A stretch of 47,007 nt of DNA, filler included, from Jimgerdemannia flammicorona (Eukaryota), in the NCBI GenBank assembly GCA_003990765.1. It is 2 parts of 2 records of this genome, joined end to end, with 100 filler letters (N's around TTAATTAATTAA, not from the genome) between each part and the next. Parts side by side here need not be neighbours in the genome. Positions count along the whole stretch, not along the records: positions 1 to 23,464 come from RBNJ01001104.1; 1 more part is not named here. One strand, given 5' to 3'. A program made the position numbers and the translations under genes. Positions within the stretch are counted from its first letter, which is position 1; each line of letters opens with the position of its first letter. Positions 1-11,079 of the stretch are shown one piece after another. Under the pieces are notes generated by a model. The model saw only the letters and a list, made by a program, of their open reading frames with translations. It was not told the origin of the DNA and made no database searches.

Positions 1-15
1 AAAAAAAAAAAAAAA

Positions 16-395
16 GAGAAGCACATGATCCTACTGAACCAGTCCAGCTAGATCTGTCAAAATGAGTCACAGAAGAGATCACCCGGTTATATGACATACA
101 CCAGCAAGCACGAGGATTTATCACCAAGGCACAAGAATGACAAAAGAGGTACTACAACCACAAAGCTGACCTTGAACCCCTGCTCATTGGACAAAAGGTT
201 CTGGTATACCATACCATTATAGAAGGAAATTAGAGTGCCAAGCTTGAACTAAAATGGGAAGGTCCCTATCTCATACACCAAGTATTCTCAAACCACACTT
301 ATCAACTCAAGACCTTGGATGGAGTTATACTCAAGACCAAGATATACCGCAACCACATAAGACTCTACTACTCAAGAGAAGCAAAACACATTTGA
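16..395 (+). mobile_element. Ty3/Gypsy LTR retrotransposon, degenerate integrase C-terminus (GPY/F domain)
   Basis: Manual translation from 123: TKAQE*QKRYYNHKADLEPLLIGQKVLVYHTIIEGN*SAKLELKWEGPYLIHQVFSNHTYQLKTLDG. This matches the AQ.RQK.YY and KL..KW.GPY.I signature of Gypsy integrase tails. In-frame stops at 138 (TGA) and 231 (TAG). Confidence 0.85.
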
Positions 396-437
396 ATAAT
401 CCTGTTCACTCTGTCTGTGTCATCTCTATTGGAGATA

Positions 438-1329
438 TGACGGACGTTTTACTCAGAACTCAAGAAAGCCAACAATGTTGGAACCAGACTCAAGCCCATC
501 CATGTGATAGACATTGTTACTAAGAAATTGCCTTGGATTACAAGAAATACTATTTCCAATGGGTTCGAACCCCCAGCCGCGACTATGGGAGCCCTCACCC
601 TAGACAAGGATGGCCAGTCCTCACAGATGCACTGACATTCTGCTCATCCCTAGAGTTAAGACCACTCAACTCTATGTAACCTTCACCGCTGAGGATGGCT
701 CTAACTTTGCAAGGGGCAGATGTGACATCTACAATTGACCCTGTCTAAATTCGGAGTACTCTGTGACCACAAGATCAGATGACATTATGGTGTGATAACT
801 GGTGACCAGCCTAATCCATCAAGTGATTTCACCAAAAGAAGACAAGATGATCTGAGCCAAAATAAAGACCACATTATTTAAGGAACCATACTCTGCCTCA
901 GGGATCAGTACCAAAGAACCAAGTACCCACTACACAATGCCTCCCATTTGCCAATCCAACCAGACCTCCCGCCACTCTACTCCTTTGTCTGGCCCAAAAA
1001 CCCTGATCTTTGAAGCTATCAAGAAGGCCATCTGGCACCCAGATACTTCTGAATACTTGAACTTCTACACTGAGGACCTTGGACACTTCATCAACTATTG
1101 ATATATAATGATCCAACAGCTCAAAGACACTACCAAACGAATGACCCTCTGGCATGACTACGAAATCAGACACTGCCTTTGCAATGAGACTCAAGAAGAT
1201 GACCAGGAAGACCTCATTGCTGAAATGTTAACCATTAGCCAGCTAATCAAGAGAGCCCTCCATGTCCACCAAATCTTCTGCCATATTTCCTGGGCTATAG
1301 CACACTTACAAGGAGTAACAGCTATCTGA
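438..1329 (+). pseudogene. Degenerate extra ORF of the Gypsy element, between integrase and the 3' LTR
   Basis: One frame runs from 628 to 1329 (includes track ORF 1108..1329), interrupted mostly by TGA stops consistent with CGA>TGA decay. It lies between pol and the PPT. No family recognised. Confidence 0.5.
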
Positions 1330-1497
1330 CACTGAAACTGATGAGTCATCAGAAGAAGAAGAGGAGCAACAGAGAGTCTACTAGTCCTCTGTCTGCATTC
1401 AAGCAATTCAAGGGTTGGAGAATGTTGTTGAAGATGACTGGCCACTTTTCTACCCCCTCACCTCTTGGCCAGCGCTCCCCCCCTTTGAGGAGAGATA

Positions 1498-2130
1498 TGA
1501 TGAAGAAGAAATCGCAACCCAGTAAGATTTGCCTGCCATAGATGAAGGGTACTATTCCCTCTAGAGTACTGCCCATCAGCCATAAGAATCAAGCTTTTAG
1601 TCAGCATCTGTTTTCAGCATTGCCACTCTCCACAACTGTTTCTGGCAACAATCATTGTATCATGTCAGCTCATCCGAATCCAGCATTGCTACCCAGCACA
1701 ACCGTTTTCAGTGTTGCTACCCAGTACCACCATTTTTAGCATTTTTGTCAGCAAGTCTGTTTTCAGCGTTGCCACCCTCCACAACCATTTCTGGCAACAA
1801 TTAGCATTCATGTCAGCTCATCCGAATCCAGCATTGCTATCCCCTACAACCCAATCCATAGTAAACAATAACCTGCACCTTGCATCGTGCAAGCCAATAG
1901 CATAGCAAATATTCGCCACAATGTAGTATACCTTAGCTACGCCCATAGCTAGCAAACTTATATAAATAACCCATATTCTTAGAGTGAATAAACCTCAGTC
2001 AGTTTGTGTTTAAAAGTAAAAAGGATTACTGAGAAACCTCACTGCCTCCAAGAGACCGGATAAATTCTGAGAACAAGATACCTAAAGCAACGATTGCTCG
2101 AGGTTTGAGTTAAAGAATTTTCTCTTGTCA
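1498..2130 (+). mobile_element. Putative 3' LTR of the Gypsy element
   Basis: A polypurine tract GAGGAGAGATA (1487-1497) is followed directly by TG. Termini TGATGAAGAAGAAA...TTTCTCTTGTCA are an imperfect inverted repeat. Internal TATAAATA (~1961) and AATAAA (~1987). The 3' boundary is inferred. Confidence 0.6.
1601..1852 (+). repeat. ~100-bp imperfect direct repeat inside the LTR (1601-1703 vs 1748-1852)
   Basis: Both copies share tgttttcagc.ttgccac.ctccacaac...ttctggcaacaat...tcatgtcagctcatccgaatccagcattgcta. Confidence 0.85.
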
Positions 2131-3353
2131 TGGAAAGAAAACGTTACCCGACCACTACCATTTGACTGCCATTCGAGACCCGGAAACCCAAGGATTCAAG
2201 ACCATGACCACCGCGCATTCAGACCACTATTCGGACCGTGCATTCGACCACCATTCGAGATTCAAGACCCGGAAACCCAAGGATACCCAGCCAAAGGATA
2301 CTAGACTGCCAAAGACCGACCCGCCAGCCTACACGAACGACCGCCCAGAACCTTTCAAGTTAACAAGTCAAGACGGACAAGCGAGCCATCAACCTCCGTT
2401 TTCTTTACCTACTGCGCCACGAACTGCTTAAAGTCAAGACCGTCACCCGCTTCAAATTGACCGCATATTCTGCTAAGTTTATCGCCGCCAGCACACCTAA
2501 GTAACCACCCTCTGTTAGCAACAACACTTTTTTTCCACTGGATATTGAGCCATTGAACAATCGAAGTCCCGCTATTATCAATTATCGCACGTTTCGAACG
2601 ACCCAGTCACGTGACCAACGACCCGCAACCGTCGCAAACGCACTCAGACATATACCGCGCGCTTCACCAAGTGGCACATCGAGCCGTGCCAGAAGCAACT
2701 AGAGATACAAACCGCACGCCACAATAGATACCAAGGAAATTTACGTCTGCATTACTTTAAGCGATCAATGGTTGTCAAACTACGCTACGCCTAACGCAAG
2801 AAAAAGACCGTGGAAATTCCAATTCAAATGAATATGTATTTGGGTGAAACACACGGGCCTTTTTTGTACATGTGTAGGGAGGGAGGATGGTAGATAAAAT
2901 CGAGTGGGAATGGACATGAAGGTGTGAATGGACATAATTGCCCGAAGAGAGTAGAGCATAGTGATAATACATGAGTGGCTAAAGCGCAAAATAGAAAATA
3001 TACGCCTGCAATGCATTTCAAACGAAACACGATCTACACCTCAAGCGAAAAATTGGCGCTGTGTCCAAAACATGAACGCTTTATACGCCCAAAACATTCC
3101 TGCATTCATTGACCTGTGGCCTCGAGCGAGCCCTGATGTAATCCCATCCTATGAATTACAAGCGCCCAACTGACTTGTGATCTCAAACGAGCCCACTCAT
3201 TATACTATAGTAGGATATTTGTTATTTTATAGTACCTTAATTTTATTATTCTTTGCAATAAGCTTATTAATGAATAATCGAAGCAGACCAGTGGCGTCAC
3301 CTTTCTGTCGATGACACCAAAGAATAAGATTTGTCCTCCCTTTCCAACCCAAC

Positions 3354-4991
3354 ATGGTTGCCGCAAAGCATAAGAAGAAACCGAAACAGGCTGCCTCTGC
3401 GGCCAGCTCCTCCAAAGTTGCGGGATCCTCCAAGCCCACTAAGCAGGGCCCCCGGGAGGCAGGCGAAGGACGAAGCTATCCTCGCAATCGACCTTCGGCT
3501 CATTATTGTCAGACCCGCTCTTGGCTCCGCCGCCGTGCCCCTTCGACATGCGTTCCTTCTCAAGCAGCTTGGCCTCAGCTAGCGCCATGGGTGCCACATC
3601 GGTGGTGAGTGACAACTTGGGCTTGACGAATGTGTGATCAGCCGAGGGACGTGGTGAGGAAGAGGGAGGTGGAGGGAGTGGGGATCACTTTTCAAGGTTG
3701 GTGTTGGGTTTAAATGCGCCTAATAATCCCGGCATGAACGCGCTGTCCTTGTCTCTTATTCATATTGTGATCATTTGGCTAACTATACTTTCATGTTTGC
3801 TACCGCTCACAAACGGATCACCCAGACAATAGGCACGGTTACTTCACCTTTTGAGGCCAATGCTATGACACCAAACTCATGGACCTGCCAGCCATCATCG
3901 AGGCGCAGAAGATGCTGGATCACAAGCACCTTTACAAGGTCGCTGACATATCGCAGGTATGTTATCAGAAATAGGCCCCTCTTCCATTCACATCATGCCA
4001 AAGGAAAAGGAGTACGTATTTGATACAGGAAAGTTAGTCTCATCATCTAATCTCTCCCAATTCGCGCAGATGCTTGTTGTCGAAGGCCTCGCACTCGATG
4101 ACGGGCCGTCAAACAGCAACGATTACGGAAACGTGCGCATAACCAATCCCAACTACTACCAGTGGCTGGACGGCCTTACCCCGCCCCTGAAGCACGTGCG
4201 GAAGCGCAGGTTCCTGAAGATGTTGTCGAAGGGGGTGAGTTATATCGGTGGCGTACGCTTGTGTTGTGGTCGTTTGTCTGTTCGGTCACTGACCGGGGAG
4301 CAAAACACGGCAGGGAGGATGGATCTGCGTCTTTGTTCTGAGGTTTTCTGACCTGACTGTTAGTTGGTGATTTTACCATACACACAATTGAGGTGGTCGG
4401 GGAGGAAGTGGAACGGTTACTGCAGGATGACTTGCAAGCGGAGCACGTCGAATACTGTAAGAATTTTTTTCCCCTTTTCGTATTGCGCCCCAATTCATCC
4501 ATCCCGAAACCTTGATCACTCTTCTCGATGCAACTCCTTACGTCCCCTTCACATATCTAGTCGTGAACGACGCGGACGACGCGGGCGATTCTGGGGATGA
4601 CCTCTTTCCCGCTGGCTACGCGTCACAGAACATGGAGGTGGAGTTGGACAACGCGGACGACGCGGACGATGCGGTTGAGAGAGTCGCCGAGAGTGACCAG
4701 GAGATGGAAGCAGAGATCGAGAACGCATTTGGTGAGTTGGAGGACAACGAGGACGATGAAGATGACGACGACAATGAGGACGATGAGGATGATGAAGATG
4801 ATGAGGATGATGAGGATCAGGAGAGCGATGAGGAGGACGAGAATGGTGTGCATCTCTTATTTTGCATTTGTCATGTTTGTCTCCTCTTATATTTTTTTGA
4901 CTTTATGGTTTGGTTGGGCACAGAGGCTGCCGTTCGCGAGCTGATGGAGGAACAGAAGGTTGTCCAGGACAGCATTGGGGAATTCGAAGCA
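3354..4991 (+). pseudogene. TAF7: TFIID subunit TAF7 (TAFII55 N-domain) pseudogene
   Basis: Exons encode KLMDLPAIIEAQKMLDHKHLYKVADISQ|MLVVE...WLDGLTPPLKHVRKRRFLK and TIEVVGEEVERLLQDD, followed by an acidic tract. Lesions: exon-1 segment ~3441-3633 inverted (EDSFVLRLPPG reads on the minus strand), in-frame TGA at 3852-3854, expected acceptor at 4382-4383 is AC instead of AG, and no recognisable C-terminus after ~4991. Confidence 0.88.
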
Positions 4992-7159
4992 GGTTGGAAG
5001 CTCACGAATAAAAGCCAAGAATGCACTCATACCAGTTGCATTTGTGTTGCTATCCACACCATGGAGATCTGGTATTTTTCGAATTTCACGCGGCCGATCG
5101 ATTGTTTTGGCATTTGGTGTCGTCACCAACCCAGTAACGCAGAAAGCATTGGAAGGCAACTTGTCTGCCTTTATTATCAACTCTATTTATTGGCCAATAC
5201 TATAAACTATGCAAGGATTCGTGTGTAAGCCGTGTGGAAGGGCCTCCAGATACACATAAAAGCGCTCGGCTTGTGTAGACTTGAAAGCGATTTCTAAGGA
5301 GCCTTGCTTCACGGCTTGATTAAAAAAGTGGTAACTACTGGTAACGGTTGCATTTGAAAAACGGTATGCAATGACGGCCTTCTTCATAGGAATATTATCT
5401 AGCATAGTGTAAGAGCTTTCACTAACTGTTGATAAAAATGTACGTTTCTTGCATTCGACAGACTCGTGTTATTTTAATAGTGACTGCTGTTCTGACAGAC
5501 TTTATTACTCAGTTCGGGGACAGAGCAACATGCCTCAATGCTACAAATAAAGGTATCGGTTCATTGAAAGAGACGAATAAATTGGTCATTTTAATTATCT
5601 TGGCAAGCGATATGGACGAAAGTCATTACAAAAATTATGCCAAAATACTCTCGGAGCTGACCTTCATAGTGTTGGCTGCAATACCACTTTCGTTTTGAAT
5701 TTTAATTATTGAAGTGGCTAAAATCGCACCATCGCATCAATATATCACATCAGGTCACAGGCAAGCAATGGCGATCTGTCATTTCTATGAATGGATTTTT
5801 CTCATTGATTTCTTCTTCTTTCCCGGCCAATTCTCATCATTGTTATCATTGCAGCCACGACCACTTACCATAGGACATCCACCATTGCTTGTTGTAAATT
5901 GAATTGATAGGCACAACGATTTTATGAAAACGAGACACATTATTTTATTCACATGTCAGTTACACAATAAACGCCTACCTCCCCCTCTGAAAACTCTCCA
6001 TGCTCACCGCATCACTCTCTCCTTGTCCCTCCTAATTTCCCTTCATGCCTTTTTTTTTTCATACTAGTCCTCTCAGCCCGGCTCCTACCCCATTCACCTT
6101 ACCAATGACCTCCGTCCGGTGATGATCTCTACGTATCTGGTCTTCTTCGTCATCGCCAGCAACTCCAAGTTCTGGGGACAGTAGCTTGTGCTTCTCGCTA
6201 CACAGAGATGTACACTGAATTCGGTGACTGCAACCCCCGTCCTCCAGAATCGACCAACCGTCTCCTTTTCCTGCCTGGTCTCCACTTCTCCTCCTCTTCC
6301 TCCGTGCCCTCTGCCTAACAGGATGCTCTTCGACGCCTCCTTTTCCATTTTTGGAATGACAGGCCCTTGTCAGCCATTACTTTTTACTGTAGATTATTAT
6401 GTGGAAAAGGATGTAAATTAACAAGAAGCATTTCATTGGTCGCTGAAATATTCCAATTTGAGGGGGTTCACGTCACTGTGACCTCTGCCATTTGGGACAC
6501 GGTGTAGTTTCAGCAGCTGATGCATAAAGCTGTGAACAACACTGCCAAAGACAAATCAAAGCGATCCACCAAACAACGTCGCCAAAATCACCACCGAACA
6601 ACGCTGTCAAAATCATAATCAAAGAATTCCCTAGGTAAAGCGTCGAGATGGGACCTATTGAGGCCGAAATCAAACCTGCAGAATGAATTCCTTCAATGCA
6701 CGAAATCCTCGATGAACTTAGGTGATTCAGATGGTCCAGTTGAGTCCAATTGTTCGCCAATAAGGCAGTGAACTTGGCCAACAGTTTCTTTGTTGACGTA
6801 GTACCGCCGTTCGCCTTAACACTCGTTTACAAGACCCTCCTCTAAGCCATAAAAAATTGAGATTCATGATAGAACACCAAGTCTTGTAACCAATTTTATA
6901 CAGTAATCTAACCATCCAAAATAAATAAATAAATAGATACAAAGTTCTAGAATAACTGAACAAAATATTGTCTAGCAGTTGCTGATTGCTCAGATGCTTT
7001 GGTATCTTTTCTCCCCACGTTACCTTCCGCATCATAGGTGTAACCGACGCCAGATAACTACCATTCGTACACATCCACTCCTCCATTTTATTCAGCTGAA
7101 AAAGGAAGAAAAAAAAAAAAAAGAAAAACACCCTCAATATAAATTTGCACACTATCCCC

Positions 7160-7870
7160 ATCTCTTCCGCAAGCCTCCCGCTCTCCCGAACAACACTCAC
7201 TCCTCCGATACACTGTCTTCCTTGGCGTCTCCCTCACCAGTATCCCTGTCCTCCTGAACAACACTCACTCCCCTGATACACTGCCTTCCTCGGTGACTCC
7301 CTCACAAACGTTCCTCTCCTCCCAACAACACTCATCCTCCCGACCCCATCCTCCCAACAACACTTACCCCATATGCCACCTTCCCGGTGTCTTCCTCACC
7401 AGCGTTCCTGCCGGATTTCACAAGCTCGGATTCAGCTTCATGTCTCCTGGCGGAACCGGGTCGATGCCCGTCCATGCACCGCCTTTGGAAGGAGTAGTTG
7501 CACGAAAGCTGCAAAGAGGAACTGTTCGTCCGTTATCTCCACAGGTGAGGGGTTGTGAGGAGCATGCGGTGCGTCGAGAGGCTCTGTCCAGAAGAATCAC
7601 CCCATGAAGGTTGCGCATTTGGCAGCACTTGCACCTGGGATTAGGAGAGGTAAGTCAGGAATGAGTTCACTAGAATGATGTAAACGTAAAATCGTCAAAA
7701 CACAAACCCCACCCTGGGCCGATAGTCCCATCTATTTTTTCCATTGACCCAATGCATTCCTCTTCCTAATACTTGAAGTTATCACCTATATTGAACCCCG
7801 GGGGTTTTTCCTCTTCGATCATTAGGCACGCCCTCTTGGAAAGTCCCTCGTCTTCTAGTTCTATAAGAAT
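7160..7870 (-). pseudogene. Possible multi-exon pseudogene of unknown product
   Basis: Minus-strand splice-bounded segments translate as ELEDEGLSKRACLMIEEEKPPGFNIGDNFKY*EEEC... and ASAAKCATFMG*FFWTEPLDAPH...FLFAAFVQLLLPK, with in-frame stops. Short direct repeats at 7189-7350. No family recognised. Confidence 0.3.
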
Positions 7871-9436
7871 GAGGAAACAAGGAAAATGATCAATCAGAAT
7901 ATTCAAAGGTATGGACATAAGCTCAGGTTTTGTCTAATCAGTCACGAGCTTTCTCCCCAGCCACCTCAACCTCTTGTATAAAAGTCAAACCCGTGTTGGC
8001 CAGATGCCAATTCCCGAATGCAAAACCCTGAAGAACAAGGATAAATACCGTACCTTGCTGCTCGGTCAAGGGATGTTTTTTCACATCGGGTATCTCTTGC
8101 AACTAATGATTCTTCGAGTTTGTGACAATGGTAAAATGGAGGTATTTGCAAAGTAACAATTTATATGATATAAGTTCTAGTACAAACATATGAGGTTTTA
8201 AATTTAATCTAAACTGCTATATAATTGCATTTCGTATACCTTTTATCTTGCGCCTTTTTGCTATACATTGATGGTCATTCATGTCCGACAGGCTAAAAGA
8301 ATGAGAGCGACGACATATAAAAAGATATGAGTTGCTGTGCGTACAGGCCACAAGATATGGAAACTGCTTCATTGCGCAGGAGATATAAAAGCAATGGGAG
8401 GCCCTATGTGCAGAAATAAATAGAATGAAACTCCCCACGTACATACCTCGGGAAGACTGATGCTGTTGGTGAGCATTACACAAGTATGGAATAAATGGCA
8501 GGCAAGAGTGCGGAGTTACGAAATGAGAGAGGCAATGTAATTTTGAGGGTATTACCTTTCGAATTATCTCCCAACAAAAGAGATATACTTTACCTAAGGA
8601 TGGGACCTCCAACTCCAAAATTGAACACCCATGTCACGGTTCAACCCTTCCTCCCTCTCCTCTCCTATCCTGTTCTGTCCAACTCCTCCCGTGATTACAG
8701 CACGTCATCATTGAATAAGAACTTGCGATGACGGGAGGTCGCCGGCGCACCTGAGGTCGAATGCCTATATCAGATCATGCCAGGCTGCAAGCTGGGAAAG
8801 GAAAAGTGTCGCAGGGTGCTGGCAGGCATGCGTGAGGATTCGTTTTTTTGCGGGAAAGGATCGGTTGTGCTGGTTGTGACATGGAGTGACGCGCGAGTCG
8901 GATAAAAGCAAACTCGGATAGAAGACCGTTGTGGGAGAGGTTATGTCTGGCGGCGAGCCTAGGGGTGAGGAAGCGGTCTAGGCTACATGGGACCACCTGT
9001 GTTTGCGTCTGTGAGGCTCAGGAGTGTGTGCAGGGAGTAGGGGACGAAGAGATCGTCGGGGAGGAAGGTTGTTGTGGTGTCCGAGTCGTCATCGAGCTTA
9101 AGAGTGCTTCGAGGTTGACAGGTGGGATAGTCGGGAGAATAGGAAAGGATACGGTAAGAGAATGTCTCATAAGCCCCTTTAACTAAACTTATGGGATTAC
9201 CACCGACTCGCAGCTAATATATACCCCATCTCCATTCACTTCGCGGTCGGCGATGTGGCAGTTTGGTGGGTGGCGCTGTGGCAGTTTGGTGGGTGGCGCC
9301 AACGGTAAGGTCAGAATGGCTTCAGGCTAATAAATCCAATTAATTGTCATAGAGGTAAACGTCACTGCTTAAATTCACGTGGAATATTCATTGTTCACAC
9401 AGCCAGAAAATCCTGTCATCCCGTCATCCCATTATC

Positions 9437-10761
9437 ATGTCTGACCCAACCCGTCTACAGCCCCTACTAGCCCGACTCAAGCCTTTCGAACACCTGCACA
9501 GAGCCCACCAAACTGAAATCTTGGCCTGGAAAAAACATTTTTCCAAATACGACCAAGAACTCCGTGCCTGCCTCGACACCTTGGCCGTGCTGCAGCTGGA
9601 ACCATACCTTGTCTGGATTCCACCCGAAGAGTTCGGAGGATATAATAAATTGAAACAACTTGCCGAAGGCGGGTTTGCCAAAGTTTACCAGGCGGGGGTT
9701 GGTGTAGGGTCAGGATGGTATATACCAGGTGGCTGCCAAAGAATTGAAATTGGCGATGGTTGAAGAGGTATGTTTCGGTGGGTGGATATATCTACAATTT
9801 TCCACACAATATTATTTACCAATAAACTTTCTTTATTTTCATTCACAAATACAGTTAGTGCTAAATGTTGAGCCGCTGTGGAAATAACACCACCAACGCC
9901 CCTACAATGGATATTGTCGCTGTGTCACAACACCCTGAAACCAATTTGCTGATATCGGAACTCTTGAGAACCAGCCATGCGACCAAGATGGCGATTAGTA
10001 TACAGCTTTCACCTATGCTGTAAAACTTGCCAGCCGCTTAGCTAGTCTACACAATATGGGATTCAGCCATAAGGATCTTCACGCGGGAAACGTAGTATTC
10101 CACAAGTCTCATACCGCACTCCTGATCGATGTCGGTCTTAGTCAAGCTGTAGAAAATGCAAATTCTGAGAAAGGTGTCTATGGTCGAATGGCGTACTTCC
10201 CTCCAGAGATCTTTGAGGGAGAACATTATACACAGAAATCAGATGTCTACTGCTTGGGAATCCTGTTGTCGCAGTTGATCGTCGGCGTTCCACCACAAGG
10301 TGACGCATCGACGGCCATTGCCAGCAATCCTGATGGCCTTCGAGAGGAGTTAATTCCTGGTGCGCCAACAACATTCAATGACATAATCCGGAGCTGCTGG
10401 CTCATCAACCCCAACCAGCGACCTAGTGCTCTTGAAGTTCACCATCAATTGTTAGAATGTGCAGCTGGTTTAGTTGACATTCCTTTCAACTTACAACAAA
10501 ATATAGAGGATCAGATTTTGGGAGCTCTTGCAATCACATCTATTCCGTTTTCACTCGAGATGCAAACGTTCATTGAAACAAGACGGGTTATTCATCAGCA
10601 AGAACTGGAATCTGCAAATAGCATTAACAACTTCGAATTTGTGGATGGGCCGAGCACGTACATCACCAGGAGTAAATTTTACACACTTTCACAACTCAAA
10701 CAAATTACCGAAGAGCACTCGCTATCGACGCTTGTCACTCTTGTGCGGCAACCAAATCAAG
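9437..10761 (+). pseudogene. TKL-type protein kinase domain, disrupted in the N-lobe; probable 5' part of a kinase-LRR gene
   Basis: Motifs WIPPEEF, LAEGGFAKVY, VAAKEL, HKDLHAGNVV, IDVGL, YGRMAYFPPE, SDVYCLG, CWLINPNQRP. Frameshift near 9715-9722 (VAAK out of frame with the G-loop), intron 9768-9854, further frameshifts near 9870 and 9940, in-frame TAG at 9996-9998. Phase-1 donor at 10762. Confidence 0.85.
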
Positions 10762-11079
10762 GTCAGTAGCATCACAGGCCATACAGTTATTCTTGTATAT
10801 GATATTCATATTTGCTAACCAGCAGGCTTTTGTGTTCTTAACTTATGTCACAATGATCAGGCTATGGTAGCATCGAAGGTAACGGTGGCAGGTGGTGGAA
10901 ACGAATTAAATGGTGGCGAAAATTAAGGCCGCACCCTCTTCTACCAAGGAACGAAACGAAAAATATATTAAATAAAGGTAACCAGATTACAACCTGTATG
11001 TTATATTACACGAACTATGTTTCTACTGTTCATATAATCAAACTTATGTTCTGTTTGTGTTTGCTATATCTCTATTCAG

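Noticed and set aside
2131..2530. Short repeats (gacccggaaacccaaggat) and ORF 2162..2431 as a gene or second LTR
   Set aside because: No recognisable protein and no convincing TG...CA boundaries or TSD; probably a repeat fragment but not supportable.
3852..3854. TGA in TAF7 as selenocysteine, readthrough or an alternative genetic code
   Set aside because: The same copy has an inversion, a dead acceptor and a truncation, other genes here end in TGA, and CGA>TGA decay is common in this contig.
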